A stretch of DNA of 64,000 nucleotides. Origin: an uncultured Gammaproteobacteria bacterium (GTDB lineage: Bacteria > Patescibacteriota > Patescibacteriia > UBA9934). Made by a program: the position numbers and the translations under genes. The stretch spans positions 135,687 to 199,686 of the forward strand of contig CAZREA010000001.1 in NCBI GenBank assembly GCA_964599455.1, given 5' to 3'. This document shows positions 27,696-37,797 of the stretch, piece by piece (within the stretch, counting starts at the first letter, position 1; every line of letters begins with the position of its first letter). A model generated the notes under the pieces. It did not search any database. It had not been told where the DNA came from and was given only the letters and a program-made list of their open reading frames with translations.

Positions 27696-29087
27696 ATGCG
27701 TCTCTTCACCCTCGACAACATTCTGCTTCTGACCGACAGCTACAAGATCAGCCACTGGCGGCAGTATCCTCCGGGCACGGAAAAGGTCTTCGCCTTCTTC
27801 GAAAGCCGCGGCGGCGACTCGTCCACGATGACCTTCTTCGGCCTGCAGGCCATCATCCGGCAGTACCTCGAAGGCGTGGTCGTGACCGAGGAGAAAATCG
27901 AGACGGCCAAGCGCATCCTGCGGATGCACTTCGGCTCTGACACGATCTTCAACGAGGAGGGCTGGCGCTACATCCTGAACGTGCATGGCGGACGGCTGCC
28001 GGTACGTATCTGCGCCGTTCCCGAAGGAACAACGGTGCCCGTACACAACGTGCTGATGACCATCGAGAACACCGATCCGAACTGCCCCTGGATCGCCGAG
28101 TACCTCGAGACGCTGCTGTCGCACGTTTGGTACTCGAGCACGGTGTGCACGCGCTCGCGCAACATGCGCGCCACGATCCTGGCGGCGCTCGAACAGAGCG
28201 GTGACCCCTCGCTCATCGACTTTAAGCTCCACGACTTCGGCTGTCGCGGCGTGAGCAGTATGGAGACGGCAGCGATCGGCGGCGCGGCGCATCTCGTAAA
28301 CTTCAAGGGGACGGACACGTTGCCAGGGCTCACGCTCGCGGCCGCGGTCTACCACGAGGAGTGCGCGGGATACTCGATTCCGGCGGCCGAACACTCCACC
28401 ATCACCGCCTGGGGACGCGAGCATGAAGTCGACGCTTTCGCCAACATGCTCGACGTATACCCGTCCGGTCCCGTGGCGGTCCCGAGCGACAGCTACGATA
28501 TCTTCGCAGCCTGCGAGGAGCTGTGGGGCGAGCATTTGCGGCAGCAGGTGCTCGACCGTGACGGCGTGCTCGTTGTTCGGCCCGACAGCGGGCCGCCAGC
28601 CGAAACGGTCGTGCGTGTTCTCGACATTCTCGGCAAACCCTTCGGATACACCGTGAATGCCAAAGGCTACAAAGTGCTCGACCCGCATGTCCGCGCCATC
28701 CAGGGCGACGGCGTCGACGAGCTCTCGCTCGGCATGATACTGAACGCGATCATGGCGGCGGGCTGGTCGGCCGACAACGTGGCCTTTGGCTCGGGCGGCG
28801 GACTGCTGCAGAAGATGAACCGCGACACCCAGAAGTGCGCCATCAAGGCTTCGGCCGTGTGCATCGACGGTGTGTGGCATGACGTCTTCAAGGATCCTAT
28901 CACCGACAGCGGCAAGCGCTCGAAGCGTGGTCGACTGGCACTCGTCCGCGAAGGCGGCGCGTATCAGACGATTCGCGAAGAAGAGCTCGGTGATCGCCTC
29001 AACGTTCTCGAGGTCGTCTTCGAAAACGGCGTGCTGCTGCGCGACCAGACTTTTGCCGAGATCCGAACGCTGGCCGCCGTGGCCTGA
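27696..29087 (+). CDS. nadV: Nicotinamide phosphoribosyltransferase (NAMPT)
   Basis: TDSYK.SH, LHDFG.RG, VNFKGTDT (NAMPT-type Asp), SIPAAEHS, SDSYD, RPDSG, IQGDG, FGSGGGLLQ; SD AAGGAG. Confidence 0.93.
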   Translation: MRLFTLDNILLLTDSYKISHWRQYPPGTEKVFAFFESRGGDSSTMTFFGLQAIIRQYLEGVVVTEEKIETAKRILRMHFGSDTIFNEEGWRYILNVHGGRLPVRICAVPEGTTVPVHNVLMTIENTDPNCPWIAEYLETLLSHVWYSSTVCTRSRNMRATILAALEQSGDPSLIDFKLHDFGCRGVSSMETAAIGGAAHLVNFKGTDTLPGLTLAAAVYHEECAGYSIPAAEHSTITAWGREHEVDAFANMLDVYPSGPVAVPSDSYDIFAACEELWGEHLRQQVLDRDGVLVVRPDSGPPAETVVRVLDILGKPFGYTVNAKGYKVLDPHVRAIQGDGVDELSLGMILNAIMAAGWSADNVAFGSGGGLLQKMNRDTQKCAIKASAVCIDGVWHDVFKDPITDSGKRSKRGRLALVREGGAYQTIREEELGDRLNVLEVVFENGVLLRDQTFAEIRTLAAVA

Positions 29088-29113
29088 GTGCGTTACATCC
29101 CCGTTCGTACGTG

Positions 29114-29147
29114 ACGGCTGGAGAAGCTTTTCTTCTCGAGCCGTTTT
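29114..29147 (+). terminator. Terminator after nadV
   Basis: ACGGCTGGAGAAG/CTTCTCGAGCCGT followed by T residues. Confidence 0.7.
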
Positions 29148-29245
29148 CCCATTATCCATCATTACTCTTGCTCCCCATACGTTACGATCTCCCTTGTTAT
29201 GCTTAAAAGTTCCTCCAAGAATAGGGTATAATTTTCCTGTGTTCT

Positions 29246-31125
29246 ATGTTTCAACATAACAAATATCCGTATAAAGATTCTTTCTTTGATCTTAGAGAAG
29301 TATTTGGCGAGGTCGATGTACTCACAAAAACACCCAAGGAAATCGACGAATGCTTCTTAAAAAGAAAACGCAGTGGTAATCAAGATCCCAAACTCCATTT
29401 CGCCTGGAAAGTGCTGCGCGATCCTTATTACCGTTATCTTGCCGAAACCATGTCAAGTTTTGAAGAACTATATGACGCAGGCTTTTTTGTTGATGAAATT
29501 AATCCCGAAGATACAAAACTCCTGCAATTTCAAATGCACGAAGCACGCACGCCAATTAATCAAATAGCAAAAAATTTGAAAAAACTCACGAGCATCACCA
29601 AACCAGTCGTGCTTTTATGTACAGGTGCATTCTCTCCTCTCCATAACGGCCACATCGGCATGATGTATAAAGCAAAAGAGACACTTGAAGAACAAGGATA
29701 TCAAGTCATTGGCGGCTATTTTTCCCCGTCGCATGATGCCTATGTCTCAACAAAATATAACAGCAGCGCAAGTCTGCTCGCCGCACACCGGGTATATCTG
29801 GCGCAGCTTATAAACTCAGAAAGCGATTGGCTACTCGTCGATCCTTGGGAATCTCGCTATCTGCCTACCGATATCAATTTTACCGATGTCATTTTTCGCC
29901 TAGAAACCTATCTCAAAACCTACCTACCAACGCCCGTACCTATTGAAATAGCATACGTGTATGGAGGTGATAATGCTGGCTTTAGTGGTACCTTTTCTCA
30001 GAAAGGGATTGGCGTGTGTGTTGGACGTCGCAACTCTTCTCCTGATATTTTTAATGCCATAAAAAAGAAACATCCTCAGGCAACTATTTTTTGGACAGCT
30101 GCAGACGATTTGGTCAGTGAAATAACTTCAACAAAAGTGCGCAAATGGAAACCAGGACTTCTGCCGAGCAATGCAGAAAAAATCTACTTCACTTGGAAAA
30201 AAACCTCATCCACGTGTATGAAACAACACGTAGACCAAAGCGCCTCTATGTTCTACGTAACGATAGCGACTGGGCACTCCAATTATGGCAACATCAGGTA
30301 GCGCCAGATACCCTTAAACAAGCACGGGATGTCTTTCTGAAAAAAATTACCACACTCCTTGAACAAGCTTTTTTACGAGTCGAGGTTCCCGATCTTCCTA
30401 CCGACGTGGAAATACGTATTTACGAACATGCTGAACAAGAAACTTTTGTACGCGACTTAGCACAACACGAACAACTCATCAATTTGGATCGCTGTACAAA
30501 CACCCTGGAAGACATTCAACTCTCACGCTTATTTTTTCTTTGCGATGGACAATTTCGTCCACTGAATCTTGTTGCTCGTCCGGGTTTTCAAGAAATCGAG
30601 AAACAAATCACTACACTCAAACCCGGCAAATACACGCTCGTTGATGACGACATTGCCACAGGCAGCACCGTCAACATGTTACTTGCCATGCTTCCCGAAG
30701 AAGTAGAAATTACCAAAATTCGTACACTGTTAGAATATTCTCGATCTCAATATCTGAAAGAATATCCAGATGCAGTGGACTTAGAGACCTTTGATGTTGT
30801 TGATCTACGCGATTTTCTCTTTGGTTCACGTGACAGCGGACTGGTTATTAGTTTGCCAGACGGCGTCACTGCACGGGCCCCTTACTCATTACCCTATGTT
30901 TCTTTAGTCACTCGTGCCAATATTCCTCCATCAGCTGAACAAATATTCTCTCGTCGCATTTGGGAACTCAATCTTTCATTCTTTGAAACCTTGGGAGCCA
31001 ATATCACCATCGCTGATACCGACCCAGGATTTCGTCGTTTTGCAAACTATATCGGTTTTGCCGACACGGTGACTATGGAACAATTTTGTGCGTATCATCT
31101 TAAGGAAGTAAAAAATTACGTGTAA
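29246..31125 (+). CDS. NMN/NaMN adenylyltransferase (eukaryote-like) fused to a type I PRTase-like domain; split by a frameshift at A7 30197-30203
   Basis: GAFSPLHNGH, SPSHDAYV, HR..LA, VDPWES, ITSTKVR; second part LVDDDIATGST. One extra A gives a 626-aa ORF. Confidence 0.8.
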
Positions 31126-31127
31126 GT

Positions 31128-31836
31128 ATGTCTATAGGTATTCTTGGTGGCATGGGACCTGCAGCAAGTGCAGAAAGTTACCTGCAATTAATACGCATCT
31201 GTCAACATCAGTACAACGCCGTTGAAGACGATGACTTTCCCCCCCATTATTCTACACAGCATTCCCCTGACGGGTTTTGACGGTATTGGATTTACCAACA
31301 GCACGCTTATTACTCAGCAGCTGATGAAGAGTTTACAAAAACTCGAAGCGGCGGGCGCACAAACTATTCTCATCGACTGCAACACGGTACACTTGTTGTA
31401 TGACCAATTTGTAAAAAGCGTACAAAGCAAAATCATCCATCTTGTAGAAATTACCGCTAACTACGTCGTACAAAAAGGAATCCAAAGTGTTGGCGTTCTC
31501 GCTTCGGATACTTCACGGCGCATGGACCTGTACGATAAAGCACTTTGGTGGAACGGCATTCAAACCATTCATGTAACCGACGAAGAACAAGAGGTCATTA
31601 ATCGCGTTATCTACAACGTAATGGGCGACACCATCACAGCAAAAGATAAACAGGAATTGCAAATAATTTGCGAGCGTTTATTTGATGCCGGCGCACAGGC
31701 GGTTATTATGGGTTGTACGGAAATATCTTACGTCATGGGCGAACGCATTGATGGCAATCATTATATTGATAGTCAATGGCTCGCCATTCAAGAAGCCGCA
31801 AAAACATACTATCAGCAAAAAAACATAAACCTATGA
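31128..31836 (+). CDS. Aspartate/glutamate racemase family protein; frameshift at C7 31239-31245
   Basis: IGILGGMGPAAS from ATG 31128; catalytic CNT.H and GCTE in the other frame. Removing one C gives 235 aa. Confidence 0.88.
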
Positions 31837-33569
31837 AATTCTATACCGATCAAGAAATGAAAACATTGCATCCTGAGATTATTGTACTTTTGGCCGAGCT
31901 CCGCGCACGACGAAATTTCAATGCAGAAGAGTATGTAAAAGCAAAAGTTCACATTATCAATACCTATTTTCACAAAGCCGGTTTACAAAGCGCGGTGGTT
32001 GCGGTAAGTGGCGGTATTGATTCAGCAGTTGTCTTATCGCTCGTTGCTCGAGCACAAAAAGAATCAGATGGCCCAATTAAACGGATCGTACCACTTACCC
32101 TGCCCGTTTTTAAATCTACCTATACCACTGGTCAGGAATCCGCAACCTCTCGAGCAAAAGAAGTCATCGAACACAATAACCTGACACCGATCGTCTATGA
32201 TCTCACCAAAGCATATGAGGTTTTAAAACAAACGATCGATACCGCATTCGGCACCGTGGGAGAACCCTGGGCGGCAGGACAACTGGTTTCTTATCTGCGC
32301 ACACCTGCCAATTACTATACGACCAGTTTATTGACGCAGCTTAATCAAGGAGGTCTTCTTTGCGGCACGACCAACCGAGATGAAGGCGCCTATCTTGGCT
32401 ATGTCGGCAAAGCTTCAGACGGCATCGTAGATATTCAGATTATTAGCGACTTACACAAAAGCGAAGTACGCGCCGTTGCAAAAGTACTCAGCGTACCGCA
32501 AAGCATTTTAGACGTCACGCCAACAGGTGACATGTATGATGGGCGTCCTGACGAAGAAGTTTTTGGAGCGCCCTACGATTTTGTTGAATTGTATCTTCTT
32601 CTTAAATCTCTCGATGAACCAAAAGATGCACAAGAGCTGATTGATAATCTTGGCAAAGAAGCACGTACACAGTTCGATCATCTTTCCGAAAAAATTGACA
32701 ATTTACACAAATATAACAGTCACAAATATCTTGTCGGTTCACCGGCAGTCCATCTTGATGTATTAGAAAGCGGTGTACCACGGGGCTGGACATATGGCTA
32801 TCAAAAAGTATCACCAGAAGCAAAAGGAAAAGAATTCTACGTTAATGCCTTTACCTTTACGAAACCAATAGAAAAAGTAGTAAAGAATACGGTCCAAGTT
32901 TCTTCATTATTTAAAAAACAGATTTACGAAGGCCAACTTTTGCATTTCGAAAATGCACTTACTAAAAAGGAACGTTCATTTCTTCTGCAAGAAGCCGAAA
33001 AGCATGGGTACATTCCCGTAGGCATTGATGGTTATCAAAAAGGCGATACCATCGGTTCTTGGCGAGCATCCGTTCATTCTCCCGAACTTGCGCAACGACT
33101 CCGGTGGAGACTCGCGCCGTACTTCGATAATCCCCGTATCTTTCCTGAAAATCCTGCGACCGATACAGGCAATACTCGCATCTGGCGGCCAATCGGTATC
33201 AGTCCGCTTTTCCGCTATATTCGCTACACCGAAGGCGGACTTCTCGTTCCCCACTACGATGCACCATACGCCTACAACGATGCCCAACGTACACTTATGA
33301 GTTTAGTGCTGTACATCGATCATCAGGGCGTTACTGGTGGTGAAACTCGTTTTATTACCGATACACAGGTAAATATTTCCTTTGCTGAACGTGATTTTAG
33401 TGACTGGAAGCGCCATGCAAACGAAGACGAGGTACTCATGGAAATTCATCCAGAACCCGGTTCAGCGATCGCTTTCGATCATCGTCTTCTGCATGACTCC
33501 TTAGCAATAGCCGGAACCGGTCAAAAGGTCATCATTCGCACAGACATCGTCTTTGCGCGCTGTTCCTAA
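31833..33569 (+). CDS. nadE: NH3-dependent NAD synthetase-like domain fused to a 2OG-Fe(II) oxygenase
   Basis: SGGIDSA, GTTNRDE, DLHKSEV, PTGD...DEE; C-terminal FRYIRY..G..L.PHYD, GGETRF, FDH.LLH, K.IIRTD. Confidence 0.85.
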   Translation: MKFYTDQEMKTLHPEIIVLLAELRARRNFNAEEYVKAKVHIINTYFHKAGLQSAVVAVSGGIDSAVVLSLVARAQKESDGPIKRIVPLTLPVFKSTYTTGQESATSRAKEVIEHNNLTPIVYDLTKAYEVLKQTIDTAFGTVGEPWAAGQLVSYLRTPANYYTTSLLTQLNQGGLLCGTTNRDEGAYLGYVGKASDGIVDIQIISDLHKSEVRAVAKVLSVPQSILDVTPTGDMYDGRPDEEVFGAPYDFVELYLLLKSLDEPKDAQELIDNLGKEARTQFDHLSEKIDNLHKYNSHKYLVGSPAVHLDVLESGVPRGWTYGYQKVSPEAKGKEFYVNAFTFTKPIEKVVKNTVQVSSLFKKQIYEGQLLHFENALTKKERSFLLQEAEKHGYIPVGIDGYQKGDTIGSWRASVHSPELAQRLRWRLAPYFDNPRIFPENPATDTGNTRIWRPIGISPLFRYIRYTEGGLLVPHYDAPYAYNDAQRTLMSLVLYIDHQGVTGGETRFITDTQVNISFAERDFSDWKRHANEDEVLMEIHPEPGSAIAFDHRLLHDSLAIAGTGQKVIIRTDIVFARCS

Positions 33570-33586
33570 AATAGAACATGGTGGCG

Positions 33587-34423
33587 TTAAAGATCTTGTC
33601 GATATTTCTCTAACTCCTCTTCTTCAAAAAGAGCCGATGATGCCGGAATTTTCCTAAAAGCAATCGGATTATTGCTTGCGAGTTTAAAATACTTTACCGG
33701 TTGTTTTTTAATTTTTTTTATACGAATCTCTTTTAACACACCATCGGCAATATCACCAAAACACCAAAGCTCATCACAAAGCTTCACTATTTCGGCATTT
33801 GCCCTATAGATAATTTCACGAGACACCGCATCGCCTAAAAAATACCGAAACAGCATAAACGGATTCAAAGGTACCGCCTTCTTATTCATACAAAACTCAC
33901 TGATGTGCATTTGTAAATAAAAATTACGCTTAGAATATGCGGGATAGACAAGCGGATACGTTTTGGTAAACCGCAAACGCGGATGCCAACGCTCCAGGTC
34001 CTTGCCCAACCGCACCCATTCCCACATCCAGGGCGACACATCTTCAAGCACAATCTCATCCTCACTCACTTCGCGAAATGTGCGGCTATCAGATGAGAGT
34101 AAAAAATACCGAACAGATTTTTTATATTTCTTTGCTAAATAGATTTCCATGAGCACCCCGTCAGCAATCGCACCAAAAACCCAAAGTTCATCCGAACGAC
34201 GAATGAGTGTGTTATTTGCAACTCGAATCTCATCCTTGTTTACAATATATCCAAGATTATAATCAAAATTCATGAATGGACTAATGGGCACACTTTCCTG
34301 TTGTAAAACAAACTTGGAAATTTCGGCTCGGAGATAAAAGTTCTTCTTAGAAAACGAAGTAAAAACAATGGGCATCTTTTGGGCATGATTGAGCGAATCA
34401 TACTTGAGCGATTTCTTGGTCAT
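33587..34423 (-). CDS. Tandem-duplicated NDT/DUF4406-like flavodoxin-fold protein
   Basis: Two copies of V(F/Y)...SK.NFYL...IS.F.....VP..PFM.F.Y.LG...AN......DELW.FG.IADGVL.EI. Confidence 0.7.
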   Translation of the reverse strand: MTKKSLKYDSLNHAQKMPIVFTSFSKKNFYLRAEISKFVLQQESVPISPFMNFDYNLGYIVNKDEIRVANNTLIRRSDELWVFGAIADGVLMEIYLAKKYKKSVRYFLLSSDSRTFREVSEDEIVLEDVSPWMWEWVRLGKDLERWHPRLRFTKTYPLVYPAYSKRNFYLQMHISEFCMNKKAVPLNPFMLFRYFLGDAVSREIIYRANAEIVKLCDELWCFGDIADGVLKEIRIKKIKKQPVKYFKLASNNPIAFRKIPASSALFEEEELEKYRQDL

Positions 34424-34637
34424 ATATATCAATACTTTTGGACCAAGAATAGTATAATCTACTTACAATAGCAAATCGTACCTTTCCCATACTCGATAAT
34501 CTTACCTTGCCCACGAAAGGTGAAATGATAACCGTAAATTTTATTAAAATAATCGCTTTATTCACGATTATTCATCGTATCTATACATACCTTCATCATA
34601 CGATATACTGTCTTAAATTCTTCATTTTCTCTTTAGT

Positions 34638-35054
34638 ATGGAGCCCATCACCATCCAAACCACCATCAACGCCCCTCTTGAAAAAGTCTGGAAATATTGG
34701 AATGAACCTGAACATATCGTTCATTGGGCTTTTGCATCGGATGATTGGGAGGCTCCATCGGCAGAAAATGACCTACGCGACGGCGGGCGGTTCAAAACCA
34801 CGATGTCTGCCAAAGATAAAAGTACGAGCTTTGATTTTACCGGTACGTACACCAAAGTGAACGAGCATGAACGCATTCACTACACCATGGACGGCAATGA
34901 TGCACGTAAAGTAGAAGTAACGTTTGAAACCGTTCCTGAAGGTGTGCGAGTAATTGAAACCTTTGATCCCGAAAACGAAAACCCCGAAGAGATGCAACGC
35001 GCTGGCTGGCAATCCATTTTGAATAATTTTAAGAAGTACGTAGAAAACACATAA
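34638..35054 (+). CDS. SRPBCC/AHSA1 family protein
   Basis: INAPLEKVW..W..PEHI..W, DLR.GG.F, MQRAGWQSIL.NFKKYVE. Confidence 0.92.
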   Translation: MEPITIQTTINAPLEKVWKYWNEPEHIVHWAFASDDWEAPSAENDLRDGGRFKTTMSAKDKSTSFDFTGTYTKVNEHERIHYTMDGNDARKVEVTFETVPEGVRVIETFDPENENPEEMQRAGWQSILNNFKKYVENT

Positions 35055-35055
35055 T

Positions 35056-35961
35056 ATGCAAAAAATCATTCCCCACCTGTGGTTCGATAAAGAGGCCAAA
35101 GAAGCAGCAGAATTTTATACGTCCGCATTTCCGGATGCAAAAATCAACAGCATCAGAACGATTCACGATACACCGTCGGGTGATTGCGATATTGTTTCGT
35201 TTGAACTTGCCGGATATTGGTTCATGTCGATCAGTGCGGGACCGTATTTCAAACTGAATCCGTCGATCTCTTTCTTTGTCAATTTCGATCCGTCAGTCAT
35301 GGAAAACCCTGAAGCACAACTCGATGAGCTTTGGGCAAAACTTGCCGAGGGCGGCAAAGCGTTGATGCCGCTGCAGGAATATCCATTTAGCAAACGCTAT
35401 GGCTGGATTCAGGATAAATACGGAGTGTCGTGGCAATTGATGCTGACCGATCCCAAAGGTGAACCGCGGCCGTTTATCATTCCTTCTCTCATGTTTGTCA
35501 AAAACAATTACGGCAAGGCCGAGGAAGCAACTGATTTTTATTTGTCCATTTTCAAAAACGCTCGTCGTGGACAAATCGCCCGCTATCCGGCTGGCATGGA
35601 ACCCGATAAGGAAGGGGCCATCATGTTTACGGACTTCATGCTCGAAGGCCAGTGGTTTGCTGCCATGGAAAGTGCTCACGCGCATGAGTTCAATTTTAAT
35701 GAAGCGATCTCACTGATTGTGAAATGCGACACACAGGCAGAAATTGATTATTACTGGGAAAAACTTTCTGCCGTCCCTGAATCCGAGCAATGTGGTTGGC
35801 TCAAAGACAAATACGGACTGTCGTGGCAAATCACACCCACGGCCATGGACGAGATGATGAACAGTGGCGATCAGGCCGCCGTCGACCGCGTCACCAAAGC
35901 TTTTTTGCAGATGAAAAAGTTTGATATTGCCCAGTTGCAAGAGGCGTATAAGGGAGAATAA
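35056..35961 (+). CDS. VOC/PhnB-like (3-demethylubiquinone-9 3-methyltransferase family) two-domain protein
   Basis: KIIPHLWF..EA.EAA.FY, DKYGVSWQ, CGWLKDKYGLSWQ. Confidence 0.92.
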   Translation: MQKIIPHLWFDKEAKEAAEFYTSAFPDAKINSIRTIHDTPSGDCDIVSFELAGYWFMSISAGPYFKLNPSISFFVNFDPSVMENPEAQLDELWAKLAEGGKALMPLQEYPFSKRYGWIQDKYGVSWQLMLTDPKGEPRPFIIPSLMFVKNNYGKAEEATDFYLSIFKNARRGQIARYPAGMEPDKEGAIMFTDFMLEGQWFAAMESAHAHEFNFNEAISLIVKCDTQAEIDYYWEKLSAVPESEQCGWLKDKYGLSWQITPTAMDEMMNSGDQAAVDRVTKAFLQMKKFDIAQLQEAYKGE

Positions 35962-35963
35962 TT

Positions 35964-36455
35964 ATGAAAGTAAACGTCAAAACCAAAAATAAACCGTTAG
36001 TACTTTTTGTTCTGGGAATTTTTATTGCCGGCATGCTCTTTTTTATTGGTCTTACCACGTACGAATACTTCCATTATCGTGACGGCATATCCGTACAAGG
36101 AACGGTGCTCGATATTCATCGCTTCGGTGCAAGAAAACAAAGAAGAACGTATACGGCGAACATTTCTCTTATCGTTAATGGGGAAACGATCACAACTAAA
36201 GAACGCATTTCTGCTAGAACCTTATCAATCGGAGGCGTAGGAGTTTCCACCTCAAAGATTAAGACGGGAGATCAGCTTGAGATGCGCGTCGTATCCAACA
36301 AAAAAGGAGGCTATGATATTGCCGTTGCCGACGAGGTACTTCATCCAGGAAAAGATTTCTTTTGGCTTTTCCTTTCCCTCGCACTCGCTATCTTTTGCTT
36401 TGTGATTTTTTGGAAGAAAGAGGATAAAAAATATGTTTCATCTCACCAGAGTTAG
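35964..36455 (+). CDS. Two-TM protein with beta-rich loop (DUF3592-like)
   Basis: TM...G..VQGTVLD...GDQLE...TM. Confidence 0.6.
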   Translation: MKVNVKTKNKPLVLFVLGIFIAGMLFFIGLTTYEYFHYRDGISVQGTVLDIHRFGARKQRRTYTANISLIVNGETITTKERISARTLSIGGVGVSTSKIKTGDQLEMRVVSNKKGGYDIAVADEVLHPGKDFFWLFLSLALAIFCFVIFWKKEDKKYVSSHQS

Positions 36456-36816
36456 TGAATTTCGCTTCAAAATCTATCCAAATGATTTCGCGCAATCGCG
36501 AAACTTTTATGAAAACGTTTTAAAATATCCGGTAGTAAACGAATGGAGTCGTGGTGAACAGGATAAAGGTGTGATGTTTGATACTGGCAGCGCGATCATT
36601 GAGCTTTTATCACCAGAAAAAGACTATCAATCAATTCAAGGCGTCACTCTCTCGCTTGAAGTACAGGATGTAAACGCTCTTTGGGAATATCTTAAAAATC
36701 GTGTTCCTATTATTTTCTCTTTACGCCACAATGCGTGGGGAGATTCCTCTTTCTGCATTCATGATCCTGAAGGTTTGCAACTCACCTTTTTTACGAAAAA
36801 TGAAAAAACACCTTAA
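36433..36816 (+). CDS. Glyoxalase/VOC family protein
   Basis: S..FY..VL, WG..SF...DPEG..L.F. Confidence 0.88.
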   Translation: MFHLTRVSEFRFKIYPNDFAQSRNFYENVLKYPVVNEWSRGEQDKGVMFDTGSAIIELLSPEKDYQSIQGVTLSLEVQDVNALWEYLKNRVPIIFSLRHNAWGDSSFCIHDPEGLQLTFFTKNEKTP

Positions 36817-36885
36817 AATTCAGCTCTATGTTCAACAAATGAACAAACTGTTAAACTTCTTTCCATAAAAATTATCATCATCACT

Positions 36886-37197
36886 ATGTCATCATGCATC
36901 ACCTGTGGCATGCCCCTTGAAGGAAATCACGTCAATGATATTGGTCTTGAAACTGCCGAAGGTCCGGTTTGTGTGTACGATGTAAAAGACGGGCAAGTGA
37001 AAAGCGCGGAAGATATTTTTGAAGGCGGTGTGCTCTTTTTCCTCGACGCCGCAGCGGGAGGTGATCGCGCCTTAGCAGAACGACTCACCCGAAAAAACAT
37101 GAGCACCCTTCCCTACTGGCAAGCTCATCCTTTTGCTGAACTTGATGGTGAAATGGCCAGCGATGAAGAATTCGCTACCTGCATGGCAAAATTGTAA
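36886..37197 (+). CDS. Small putative zinc-ribbon protein
   Basis: CITCGMPL...CVYD; M.TLPYW. Confidence 0.7.
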   Translation: MSSCITCGMPLEGNHVNDIGLETAEGPVCVYDVKDGQVKSAEDIFEGGVLFFLDAAAGGDRALAERLTRKNMSTLPYWQAHPFAELDGEMASDEEFATCMAKL

Positions 37198-37199
37198 AT

Positions 37200-37727
37200 G
37201 TGAAAAAGATTCTCCTCGATGATAAAGAAGTGGAAAAGCTGGCTCCCGAAAGTCTGCCCATGCTCATTCATGGAGAAGAAGGCTCAGGAGCATCGCTGTA
37301 TACCATCGCACTGATGGCGAAATGGTTTTCGCAAGGATATAAACTGCACGTGCTGTGTGGATATTCCTTTGCTGAGGAAGAATTTCAAAAACAGATTGAT
37401 ACGACATATCAGGAAAAAATCTTCTTTACCAAAGAAGAGGTTCAATTATTTATCGCGGCAATTGCATTGAGAGGTACAAACGACATCGTTATCATTAAAA
37501 ATATCGAATTGTTTGATGTCGAATTGTGGCAAGCAATTTCCCCTATCGATCATCTCATTGTTTCTGGAGATGTACACAAAGCACTGCTGAAAAATTCTAT
37601 CCTCCAAAAAACATTCACCACAAAAATCCTCTTCTCTCCCCTTGATTCCATGACTATTCCTGAAATCAAAAAATACGAGGGATTTTTGATCGCCGGTGAT
37701 TATAAAGGAGTGACAAAGCTTGAGTAA
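37200..37727 (+). CDS. Hypothetical protein with degenerate P-loop-like start
   Basis: LIHGEEGSGAS; GTG start. Confidence 0.6.
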   Translation: MKKILLDDKEVEKLAPESLPMLIHGEEGSGASLYTIALMAKWFSQGYKLHVLCGYSFAEEEFQKQIDTTYQEKIFFTKEEVQLFIAAIALRGTNDIVIIKNIELFDVELWQAISPIDHLIVSGDVHKALLKNSILQKTFTTKILFSPLDSMTIPEIKKYEGFLIAGDYKGVTKLE

Positions 37728-37797
37728 TAAAGGGCAATCGACAAAAATTCAGAAAAAGACTACCGTAATAACGACATCTTTTTCTTAATTCTTTTAT

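Noticed and set aside
27696-31125. Phage NARP1-type NAD reconstitution pathway
   Set aside because: No PRPP-synthetase-like ADPR-PP synthetase and no phage genes. The PRTase-like part is fused to an NMNAT, and the context is NrtR-regulated.
17814-37727. Integron cassette array
   Set aside because: No tyrosine integrase and no recurring attC-like RYYYAAC...GTTRRRY hairpins; many genes abut or overlap.
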